This document shows, piece after piece, positions 7,542 through 14,796 of a stretch of DNA of 14,856 nucleotides. This DNA is from Archangium sp. (lineage in GTDB: Bacteria > Myxococcota > Myxococcia > Myxococcales > Myxococcaceae). A program made the position numbers and the translations under genes. How positions within the stretch are numbered: the first letter of the stretch is position 1; the number at the start of each line of letters is the position of its first letter. The stretch is from contig JANLPS010000343.1 in assembly GCA_031367385.1 (NCBI GenBank), positions 1 through 14,856 on the forward strand. The letters run 5' to 3'. The notes beneath the pieces are model-generated. The model saw only the letters and a list, made by a program, of their open reading frames with translations. It ran no database searches and was not told the origin of the DNA.

Positions 7542-8467
7542 GTCTTCACCACGCCGATGTCAGCGGTGCCGGCCAAGATCGCCGAGCCGCTGAACAGGTT
7601 GTTCGACTTGGGGCCGCCGAGCTTCACCGACTGCAGCACGATGACGTAGTTCGCGTTCGCGGAGGGAAAGGCCGTGCCGGGGACGGTGACCGAAGTGGTC
7701 TTCCACTCCTGCGGCGCGAGCACGAGCTTCAAGAACTCGAGCGGCGTCATCGGCACGTTGGTGTAGCTGGGGGCGAGCCTGCTGCCATCGCGGTTGACCG
7801 GGAAGACGGTGACGAAGCCCAGGTTCGCGTCGACCCCTGACTGGGGCTCGGGCCGCGTGAACGAGAAGGCCTGGTTGGCTTTCAACGAGATTGGGCCGCC
7901 AGCGGGGTGAAACTGGGTGATGTGCTCCTGGGTCGGCACGGCCTCGACCTCGGCGACGAAGGTGCCTCCGCCTTGCTCGACGGTGAAGTCGTAGGTCGCT
8001 GATGATTTGTAGGCGAAGCCCGCGTCTTCGCCGACCAGTTGGTAATTGCCGTTGCCCGTCTCGCTGAGCGGCCACGACTTGCCGCCGACCTCGGTCAACG
8101 TCACCTTCGCCGCGGGGATACCGACGGGCGCGACGTCGAGCGAGTCGCCCTGGCGTTGGCCGAAGAAGAGGTACGCCACCGTTTGCGGCGGCACCGTGAA
8201 CCCGGCGTCGCTCAAAAACGCTCCCGCGTCGAAAGAGAAGGGCAGGCCGCCATCGAAGGTGGGTATCGAGCCGTCGGGTATCGCGACGTCGCTCGGCGTC
8301 AACGTCACCGCCGGAGTCGCCAGAATCGTCGCCACCGCCACGGTCTTCGCGGTCAACTGGCTGGTGGTTTTGCCTAGGTCGCAGGCCATCAAACAGCAGA
8401 GAGTCAGAAGCCCAACCGTCGACGCAGTTTTCACGGCGCGAAGCATAGTCGCGAACGTGCGTGCCAT
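7532..8467 (-). CDS. Putative lipoprotein, beta-rich
   Basis: Basic n-region, hydrophobic stretch and lipobox-like LMAC. DGS/DGG/DAG-repeat linker. GAGG just upstream of ATG 8467 (alternative start 8446). 10-bp 3' overlap with the convergent gene. Confidence 0.8.
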   Translation of the reverse strand: MARTFATMLRAVKTASTVGLLTLCCLMACDLGKTTSQLTAKTVAVATILATPAVTLTPSDVAIPDGSIPTFDGGLPFSFDAGAFLSDAGFTVPPQTVAYLFFGQRQGDSLDVAPVGIPAAKVTLTEVGGKSWPLSETGNGNYQLVGEDAGFAYKSSATYDFTVEQGGGTFVAEVEAVPTQEHITQFHPAGGPISLKANQAFSFTRPEPQSGVDANLGFVTVFPVNRDGSRLAPSYTNVPMTPLEFLKLVLAPQEWKTTSVTVPGTAFPSANANYVIVLQSVKLGGPKSNNLFSGSAILAGTADIGVVKTQP

Positions 8468-8524
8468 CGAACCTCTTCAATGCTGAGAATCGACTGTAGG
8501 CAGGCGCGCACCCCGCCCCGTTTA

Positions 8525-8558
8525 TCCTGACCGGAGCCCGAAGGGCGCAGTCGAAGGA
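8525..8558. repeat. REP-like hairpin TCCT-GA-ccgga-GCCC-gaa-GGGC-gcagtc-GA-AGGA
   Basis: Nested inverted repeats; shares the stem-TGA...GTCGAA-stem layout with the 2506 and 11391 elements. Confidence 0.55.
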
Positions 8559-8822
8559 CCCACGTCGAGCTTGCCGTTCTGCACCTTGAAGCTGACCACC
8601 TACGTGCCCAACGCTCGAAATACACCTCGTGTTCGTCGACGATCCGCGCGACCGGGACACAGAGCATGACGAGACCATGCGCTGAATGCTCTCAGCCCCT
8701 CGGCATCGCGCACGATCAGCTCCACCGCCTCTGCTTCGAAAATTACGCGCCGTGGCGTTCGCGGCCCCGAAGGTGATCTTCGAGCAGTTTTCAGCATCAA
8801 CGCAGCGTAGTCTGCGCCCCGC

Positions 8823-11336
8823 GTGGCATCGAACCCCCTCCAGTCGGCTGGCCGCCGCTTCATGCAGAAGTTCGGCGTGTCGTTCTTCTGGGCACTGGTG
8901 TTCGGCACGCTCTTGGGCGGCGCTTCGTATTTTCGCCTCGAGCGAACCGATCTCATCGGCGAGCCCACCTGGCACGCCACCGTGCGCCTCTGGCTCGAGC
9001 GGCTCGAATGGGCCACGTGGGACTGGCGGGCCCGCGAGCTGGGTGCCGCCTCGACTCCAAGCGATGAGGTCGTGATCGTCACGGTCGACGAAGAGACCCA
9101 GGCTGACGCCCGCGAACGCGAGAAACCCGAGTGGGCGATGCGCCCATGGCCACGAGACCTCTCCGGAGCAGTCATCGAGCAGGCCCTCAAAGAAGGCGCC
9201 ACCACCGTCGTGTTCGACCAGGCCCTCGACGACGTCTCACCGCACCACTGCTCACCGTGCCGAGCCGAACCCAAGAAGAGCGACGACGAGCTCTTCGGAG
9301 ACCGCCTCGACAAGCACGCCGGCAACGTCGTTCTCACTTGGGACTGGTCGAGCAACCGCCCCACTCAGGGCAACCGCCCGTTGATGCCAGTGCTCGTGAA
9401 GCTGGGCGACTTCGACGACGTGAGGGCTGCGCTGCCAATGGTGCGCGAGGTGCTCAAACATCGCACCGTGGCCTACCTCATCGCCGATGGCGGCCGGCAG
9501 GGCGTCTGGGCCGGAGTCGCGTCTGAAGCAAAGGCCCGCGACCTCGTGCAGTCGGTCGACCCTCGCGTGCCGGTGACCACCAGGCCGTTGCTCCCTGGTG
9601 ATGACCTGCACGAGGTCTCGCCCTCGTGGCTCGCGGTGCAGCTGGCCACGGTCTCGGTGCCCGGCCTCGACGCCGACCGCTTGTGGCGCGCGAGGTCGGT
9701 CGAAGCCCCGGTGGCGAGCCTCGAGACTCCGTACTCGGGTGCCGCCACGCTGGTGCCAGACGCCGACGGGCGCATTCGCTCGGTGCCGCTGTTCGTCGCA
9801 GCCGATGGGCCCGATGGGCGGCCGGTGATCGTCGCGTCGGCGGTGATTCGCGCGGTGCTCCAACGGCTCGATGACAAGAGCCTGCGCTACGAGAAGGGCC
9901 GGCTCGAGATCGGTAAACGCATCTCCCTCCCGATGGACGCTGACGGCACGCTGCAGTTGCGCTTCGACGTCGAAGACGTCAGCAGGGCGGGGCGCAGCAC
10001 CGTCAAGCGCTCGTTGCCTGCGTTTCGCTTGTTGGTGAACCGCGAAGACGACGAGGTGTCGCGCGGCATTCGCCACCATGACAATGAGCTCACCGGCCGG
10101 GTGATCGTCTTCTCTGATGAGCGCCTCGCGTCTGATGTGGTGCCGACCCCGGTCGGAGACCTCCACCGCTCCGCAGTGCTCGCTCAGGCCATCGTCAACG
10201 TGCTGCACGCGCAGTCTGTCGTGCGCGTCGCGCCCGAAACCGATTTGTGGATGACGCTCGCCTTCGCCTTCATGGGCGCGGTGCTGTCGGTCGCGTGGTC
10301 GAGCCTGGTGCGCCGGCCGGGGTGGCTCGCGTGGGTCGCCACGCTCGCCGGAGTCGCCCTGCTGCATGGCCTCGTGGCGCGACAGCTCTTCGTTCAGCAG
10401 CTGCGGTGGGTCGCGATGGCCGCGCCACTGCTGGCGTGCGCGATGACCTTTCTCGCCTCGCTCGGCTACGCGCGAACCATTGAGCAGGGGTTGCGTGACT
10501 TCGTCTTGCGCGCCCTCGGCGGAGCAGTGCGCGATGACGTCTTTTCCCGCGTCGAGCGCGACCTCGCCCTGATGCGGCCCGAGCGGCGTGAATTGACCGT
10601 CTACTTCAGCGACATCGAAGGGTTCACCGTCGTCGCGCATGAGAAAGACCCGGGTGAGGTCGTTCAGGTGCTCCGCGCCTACCTCGAAGAGATGACGACC
10701 GTCGTGCTCGACTCGCAAGGGCACGTCGACAAGTACCTGGGCGATGGCCTGATGGCCTTCTGGGGCGCGCCGGTGAGGCTCGATAACCAGGTGGCCTCGG
10801 CGTGCGCCGCCGCGCTCGAGATGCAAAAGCGCTTCGAGGCCAAACGAGAAGCGTGGGAAAAAGCGCTCGGGCGAACGTTGATGCTTCGCGCGGGGTTCGA
10901 CACCGGGCCCACCGTCGTGGGCGAGATGGGCACGCTCCATCGAGTGAATTACACCGTCATGGGCGAGCCGGTGGCCGCCTCCTACCGGCTCGAGGCGCTA
11001 GCCAAGAAGTACAACGCGCGCGTGCTGGTCGGGCCACGCGTGCCAGAGCTCGCCGGGTCGAAGTACTTCTTTCGCGAGGTCGATTCGATTCGTCTCAACC
11101 GCGCCAGCGAAGTCGTTCGCATCTACGAACTGCTGGGCACCGAGGGCGACCCCGCTGAGCTGATGGAGTGGTCACTGGCGATCACCGCGTACCGTGAGCG
11201 CCGGTTCATCGAGGCCCGGGCGATCTTTCAAAAGCTCGAGCACAGCGTGCCTCTCGCGACCCGGTACGCACGGCGCTGCGAGGCGCTGCTCCAGACACCA
11301 CCCCCCGAACCCTGGGACGGCACCTTCAACGATTAG
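8823..11336 (+). CDS. Membrane CHASE2-domain class III adenylate/guanylate cyclase
   Basis: N-terminal TM; CHASE2 motifs (LERLEW.TWDWR, VVIVTVDEET, PWPRDL, GATTVVFD, PDADGRIRSVPL, DVVPTPVG); three TMs; cyclase motifs VYFSDIEGFT, DKYLGDGLMAFWGAP, GEMG..RVNYTVMG and RLE; C-terminal TPR-like helices ending PPPEPWDG. Start is GTG 8823 or ATG 8862. Confidence 0.93.
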   Translation: MASNPLQSAGRRFMQKFGVSFFWALVFGTLLGGASYFRLERTDLIGEPTWHATVRLWLERLEWATWDWRARELGAASTPSDEVVIVTVDEETQADAREREKPEWAMRPWPRDLSGAVIEQALKEGATTVVFDQALDDVSPHHCSPCRAEPKKSDDELFGDRLDKHAGNVVLTWDWSSNRPTQGNRPLMPVLVKLGDFDDVRAALPMVREVLKHRTVAYLIADGGRQGVWAGVASEAKARDLVQSVDPRVPVTTRPLLPGDDLHEVSPSWLAVQLATVSVPGLDADRLWRARSVEAPVASLETPYSGAATLVPDADGRIRSVPLFVAADGPDGRPVIVASAVIRAVLQRLDDKSLRYEKGRLEIGKRISLPMDADGTLQLRFDVEDVSRAGRSTVKRSLPAFRLLVNREDDEVSRGIRHHDNELTGRVIVFSDERLASDVVPTPVGDLHRSAVLAQAIVNVLHAQSVVRVAPETDLWMTLAFAFMGAVLSVAWSSLVRRPGWLAWVATLAGVALLHGLVARQLFVQQLRWVAMAAPLLACAMTFLASLGYARTIEQGLRDFVLRALGGAVRDDVFSRVERDLALMRPERRELTVYFSDIEGFTVVAHEKDPGEVVQVLRAYLEEMTTVVLDSQGHVDKYLGDGLMAFWGAPVRLDNQVASACAAALEMQKRFEAKREAWEKALGRTLMLRAGFDTGPTVVGEMGTLHRVNYTVMGEPVAASYRLEALAKKYNARVLVGPRVPELAGSKYFFREVDSIRLNRASEVVRIYELLGTEGDPAELMEWSLAITAYRERRFIEARAIFQKLEHSVPLATRYARRCEALLQTPPPEPWDGTFND

Positions 11337-11348
11337 TCACCGAGAACT

Positions 11349-11382
11349 CACCCGGGACCGCATCCAGGACCGCACCCAGGGA
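11349..11382. repeat. Short 12-bp tandem repeat (cacccgggaccg / catccaggaccg / cacccaggga)
   Basis: Directly visible, immediately upstream of the REP-like copy. Confidence 0.65.
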
Positions 11383-11390
11383 GCAACCCA

Positions 11391-11420
11391 CTCTCATGGT
11401 GAGCCTGTCGAACCACGAAC
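11391..11420. repeat. Single copy of the REP-like palindrome CTCTCATGGTGAGCCTGTCGAACCACGAAC
   Basis: 27/28 identical to the 2506-2533 core; again lies between convergent stop codons, followed by GAACCAC slippage repeats. Confidence 0.92.
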
Positions 11421-11428
11421 CACGAACC

Positions 11429-12571
11429 CTAGTGCCGAGCCGGAGTTGTACGACCCAGCCGCCGATTCGTGGCCGGCTTGGCCAGCCGCTGCACCACCGC
11501 AGGCGGAGTCTTGGTCTCGACCTTCGCCACTGGAGCCGCGACCACCTGTGGCGCGTCATGTGCCGCATAAAACTCAGCAATGTTCGGCCACAGTGACTTC
11601 GCGGCGTGCTTCGAGACCACCGCACCCACATGCCCACCGGGCAGGTGCAGGTGCACCTTCGACTCCGAGCTGATCACGTCGATCAACGGCGACGCACTGG
11701 CGGCTGGCACGATGTTGTCGTTCGCGAACGTCACCGCCATCACGGGGAACTTGATGTTCTGCAGCTTCACCTGCTGCCCACCGAGCGCGAACCGGCCCGC
11801 CAGCAGCCCGTTGTCTTGGTACAAGCCTTCGATGTACCGCCGGTAAAACTCTCCAGGCAGCGAGACGTTGTCGTTGCCCCAGGTCTCCAGAGCCAGAAAC
11901 CCGTCGAGAAATTCGTCGTTCCACGCACGGTCGATCACATTGACCGCTTTCTGCAAGCTCAAGGTCGGCCGCAGCAGGTGAAACGCCGACTGCAGCAACT
12001 GCCAGGGTATCGTGCCCACGCCGTCGACCAACGCGTTCACGTCGAAGCCCTTCGCGTTCGTCCACCGCGACAAGGTCGAGTCGTCGTGAAAGGCCACCGG
12101 CGACGCCAGCGCGGCCAGCGAGGCGATGTACTCCGGGTGCACCGCCCCGTGAATCGCCGCCAGCGTACCGCCCATGCAGTACCCCAAGACGTGCGCCTGA
12201 CGACGCGGCACGGTTCGGGCGACGAAACGCAACGCACGCCCGAGCGCTCGCTCGACGATGTCTTCGAACGTCACGTACCGGTCTTCGTCAGTGGGAGTGC
12301 CCCAGTCGATGCAGAACACGTCGAACCCGCTCGCCACCAGGTACTCGGTGAAGCTCTTGCCCGGCAGCAGATCGAGCACGTAGTGCTTGTTGATCAGCGA
12401 GGGCACGAACAACACCGGCGTCTGGTGTGAGAGCCCCTCGGCCCGTGGCGTGTAGTGAATGAGGCTCCACTTGTTTTCGCGGTAGACGACCTCAGACGGA
12501 GTCTGACCAACCGTCGGCTTCGGGCGACGCACCAGGCCCAACAGGTTTCTGACTCGTTTCAGCGCTTCCAT
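11429..12571 (-). CDS. phaC: Polyhydroxyalkanoate synthase PhaC (class III/IV size)
   Basis: VGQTPSEVVY, PVLFVPSLINKHYVLDL.PGKSF, DVFCIDWG, lipase-box GYCMGG (catalytic Cys), D-NIVP (Asp) and GGHVG (His); 380 aa; GGAG RBS. Confidence 0.93.
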   Translation of the reverse strand: MEALKRVRNLLGLVRRPKPTVGQTPSEVVYRENKWSLIHYTPRAEGLSHQTPVLFVPSLINKHYVLDLLPGKSFTEYLVASGFDVFCIDWGTPTDEDRYVTFEDIVERALGRALRFVARTVPRRQAHVLGYCMGGTLAAIHGAVHPEYIASLAALASPVAFHDDSTLSRWTNAKGFDVNALVDGVGTIPWQLLQSAFHLLRPTLSLQKAVNVIDRAWNDEFLDGFLALETWGNDNVSLPGEFYRRYIEGLYQDNGLLAGRFALGGQQVKLQNIKFPVMAVTFANDNIVPAASASPLIDVISSESKVHLHLPGGHVGAVVSKHAAKSLWPNIAEFYAAHDAPQVVAAPVAKVETKTPPAVVQRLAKPATNRRLGRTTPARH

Positions 12572-12592
12572 GTGAAGTCTCCAGTCAGGCGT

Positions 12593-14332
12593 TTACGCTT
12601 CGTAGAGTGCTTCGAGGTTCTTCTTGAACGCGGCGTTCACTTGTTTGCGGCGCAGCTTCAGCGTGCTCGTCAGAAAGCCACCGTCCACCGTTAACGGCTC
12701 ATCGATGATCGTGAACTTCTTGATCGTCTCGTAGCTCGCGAGGTCGCCATTCACCTCGTCGATTCGCCTCTGCACCAACGCGCGAATTGAATCAGCGTGC
12801 GCTTTCGGGTCGACGCCCTTTTGATGCAAATGCGACTTGATGGCTTGGTCGTTGAGCCACACGCCGGCGACGAGGTACTTCTGGCCGTCACCGTACACGA
12901 CCACGTGCGCGATGAACGGGTCATCACGAAATTTCATCTCGATGTTCGCCGGGGGCACGTTCTTGCCGCCCGCCGTCACCAGAATGTCTTTCTTGCGGTC
13001 GATGATCTGCAGGTACCCGTCATCGGTGAAGCGGCCCACGTCGCCCGTCTTGAACCACCCGTCTTCGGTGAAGGCCTCTTTCGTGGCAGGTGCATCTTTG
13101 TGGTACCCCAAGAAGATGCTCGGGCCTCGCGCCAAGATCTCGCCGTCAGCCGCCAGCATGATCTGCACCGAGGGTACCGGCTTGCCCACCGAGTCGAAGC
13201 GAAACGCGTCGGGCCGGTTCAGCGTCAGCGTCGGGCTGCACTCGGTCAGACCGTAGCCTTCGGTGATCAGCAGGCCGCAGGCGTGAAAGAACTCTTTGAC
13301 CTCTCGCTTCAGGCCCGCACCGCCCGAGAGGCAGAAGCGCAGGTTGCCACCAGTGACTTTGTGCAGCGCAGCACGGCGTTGATCTGCGTCGCCGTCGACC
13401 ATCCCCGCGACCGCGAGCTTCTCCCAGATCTGCGGCACGCTCATGAAGATCGTCGGCCGCACTTCTGGCAGATGCACGATCACCTTCGAGGGCTCTGAGA
13501 GGTACGTCGTCCACCCCAGCACGTTGCCCAGGGTCAGCTCGCCGAAGCCGAAGATGTGGCTCATCGGCAACCACAGCACATCGACGTCGCCGGCCTCCAG
13601 CGATGGTGCGTTGCAGCGAAGCCAGTCTTGCGCGTTCACCCCGACGTTGCGGTGCGTCAGCGGCACGCCCTTTGGGTTGCCCGAGGTGCCGCTCGTGTAA
13701 AGCATCTCAGCGGTCTGATCGAGCGAGACCGCGTTGAGCATGCGCTCGAACTCGGTCGGCGCTTCTTGATCTCGCGCCGCTCCCATCGACTGCACCTTGC
13801 CCCACGAGACCAGCTTGCGCTCGACCTCGGCGATCGGCGGCGCCTTCTTGCCCGCCAACCGCAGCTGCTCGATCAAGGGCCCCGGGTCCATCGGGCGGTC
13901 TCCCAGAACGATGATGCGCGTCACGTTCTCGTAGTCGCCCCACGCTTCGAAGACCCGCTGCATCAGGGCCGGGGTGTCGACGAAGAGCATCTTCGCGTCG
14001 CTGTGCCGCGCCACGTAGGCCGCCTGCGACGTCGTGTTCGCGGGGTAAATCGGCACCATCACGCCGCCCGCGGCTTGAATCGCCATCGCGGCTTCGATCC
14101 ACTCCACTGAGTTCGGCGCGAAGATCGCGGCGCGATCTCCCGACTGAAACCCGGCCGAAGCCAAGAACAACGTCACGTTGCGTATCGCCTTCGCGTACGC
14201 ACCCCAGGTCACCGCCCGCCAATCACCATCGGGCGTCGGCAACATGAAACGCGCGCGCGTTTTCCGCTCCGCGAGCGCATCGAAAATCGCAACCGGAGCG
14301 GGTCGAACCTCGAGAAAGGGCGTGATGTCCAT
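12593..14332 (-). CDS. fadD: Long-chain fatty acid-CoA ligase (AMP-binding family)
   Basis: YTSGTSGNPKG, LPMSHIFG, SGGAGL, EGYGLTECSP, GWFKTGDVG, IIDRKKDILVTAGGKNVPPANIE and LTSTLKLRR. Confidence 0.93.
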   Translation of the reverse strand: MDITPFLEVRPAPVAIFDALAERKTRARFMLPTPDGDWRAVTWGAYAKAIRNVTLFLASAGFQSGDRAAIFAPNSVEWIEAAMAIQAAGGVMVPIYPANTTSQAAYVARHSDAKMLFVDTPALMQRVFEAWGDYENVTRIIVLGDRPMDPGPLIEQLRLAGKKAPPIAEVERKLVSWGKVQSMGAARDQEAPTEFERMLNAVSLDQTAEMLYTSGTSGNPKGVPLTHRNVGVNAQDWLRCNAPSLEAGDVDVLWLPMSHIFGFGELTLGNVLGWTTYLSEPSKVIVHLPEVRPTIFMSVPQIWEKLAVAGMVDGDADQRRAALHKVTGGNLRFCLSGGAGLKREVKEFFHACGLLITEGYGLTECSPTLTLNRPDAFRFDSVGKPVPSVQIMLAADGEILARGPSIFLGYHKDAPATKEAFTEDGWFKTGDVGRFTDDGYLQIIDRKKDILVTAGGKNVPPANIEMKFRDDPFIAHVVVYGDGQKYLVAGVWLNDQAIKSHLHQKGVDPKAHADSIRALVQRRIDEVNGDLASYETIKKFTIIDEPLTVDGGFLTSTLKLRRKQVNAAFKKNLEALYEA

Positions 14333-14347
14333 GGGGGCCTTTGGGGA

Positions 14348-14363
14348 ATGTTGCGGTGCAGCA
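14348..14363. promoter_or_regulatory. Putative PhaR operator ATGTTGCGGTGCAGCA
   Basis: Lies in the 36-bp gap upstream of fadD. Matches the 14760-14775 box and the TGC-N3-GCA core known for PhaR sites. Confidence 0.7.
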
Positions 14364-14368
14364 AAAAT

Positions 14369-14662
14369 CTAGTTCTTGCGGCGCTCTTCGAGGTCTTTGA
14401 GCTGCTCCTCGAGGTCGAGCAACCGGCTGTTGAGCTGATTGAGCACGTGCAGCGTGCGCTCCTGGTCGCGGCGGGTCGGCAGCCCCAGCATCGCCCAGTA
14501 TTGCGCCACCACCGTGTCGCTCTTCGCCTTCAGTTTCATCGTCGCGGTCAACATCGAGCCCATCGGGCCCAACACCGACGGCTTCTTCAGCACCGTCTCG
14601 AACGCCTGGGCGGTCTTGCCCTCCCACACTTCGAAGCCTTTTTTCCACTGCTCCCAGATCAT
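14369..14662 (-). CDS. Short PhaE-like (PHA synthase accessory subunit) protein
   Basis: 97 aa, helical; LGLPTRRDQ...RLLDLEEQL resembles the C-terminal LPTR coiled-coil motif of PhaE/class IV subunits. AAGGAG RBS; first gene of the phaC operon. Confidence 0.75.
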   Translation of the reverse strand: MIWEQWKKGFEVWEGKTAQAFETVLKKPSVLGPMGSMLTATMKLKAKSDTVVAQYWAMLGLPTRRDQERTLHVLNQLNSRLLDLEEQLKDLEERRKN

Positions 14663-14723
14663 GGCGTTCTCCTTCGCGTTGGTGATGCGCGAGCCTCAAC
14701 CCCCAGCAGCCCCCGCGCCGCTC

Positions 14724-14752
14724 CATATGTTGAAACATGAACCGGATGTCAA
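14724..14752 (-). promoter_or_regulatory. Candidate sigma70-type promoter for the phaE-fadD-phaC operon
   Basis: Perfect TTGACA on the minus strand (14752-14747), 17-bp spacer, then a weak -10 (CATATG). Confidence 0.4.
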
Positions 14753-14759
14753 GTTGGCG

Positions 14760-14775
14760 ATGTTGCAGCGCACAA
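14760..14775. promoter_or_regulatory. Putative PhaR operator ATGTTGCAGCGCACAA
   Basis: 21 bp upstream of the phaR ATG in the divergent intergenic region; twin of the 14348-14363 box. Confidence 0.75.
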
Positions 14776-14796
14776 CGCATTGTGTAGGGTCGCCCG

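Noticed and set aside
7560..8975. 471-aa minus-strand ORF
   Set aside because: Arg-rich alternative frame overlapping the lipoprotein and cyclase; no recognisable domain.
9252..10940. 562-aa minus-strand ORF
   Set aside because: Antisense shadow of the cyclase caused by high-GC codon bias; no motifs.
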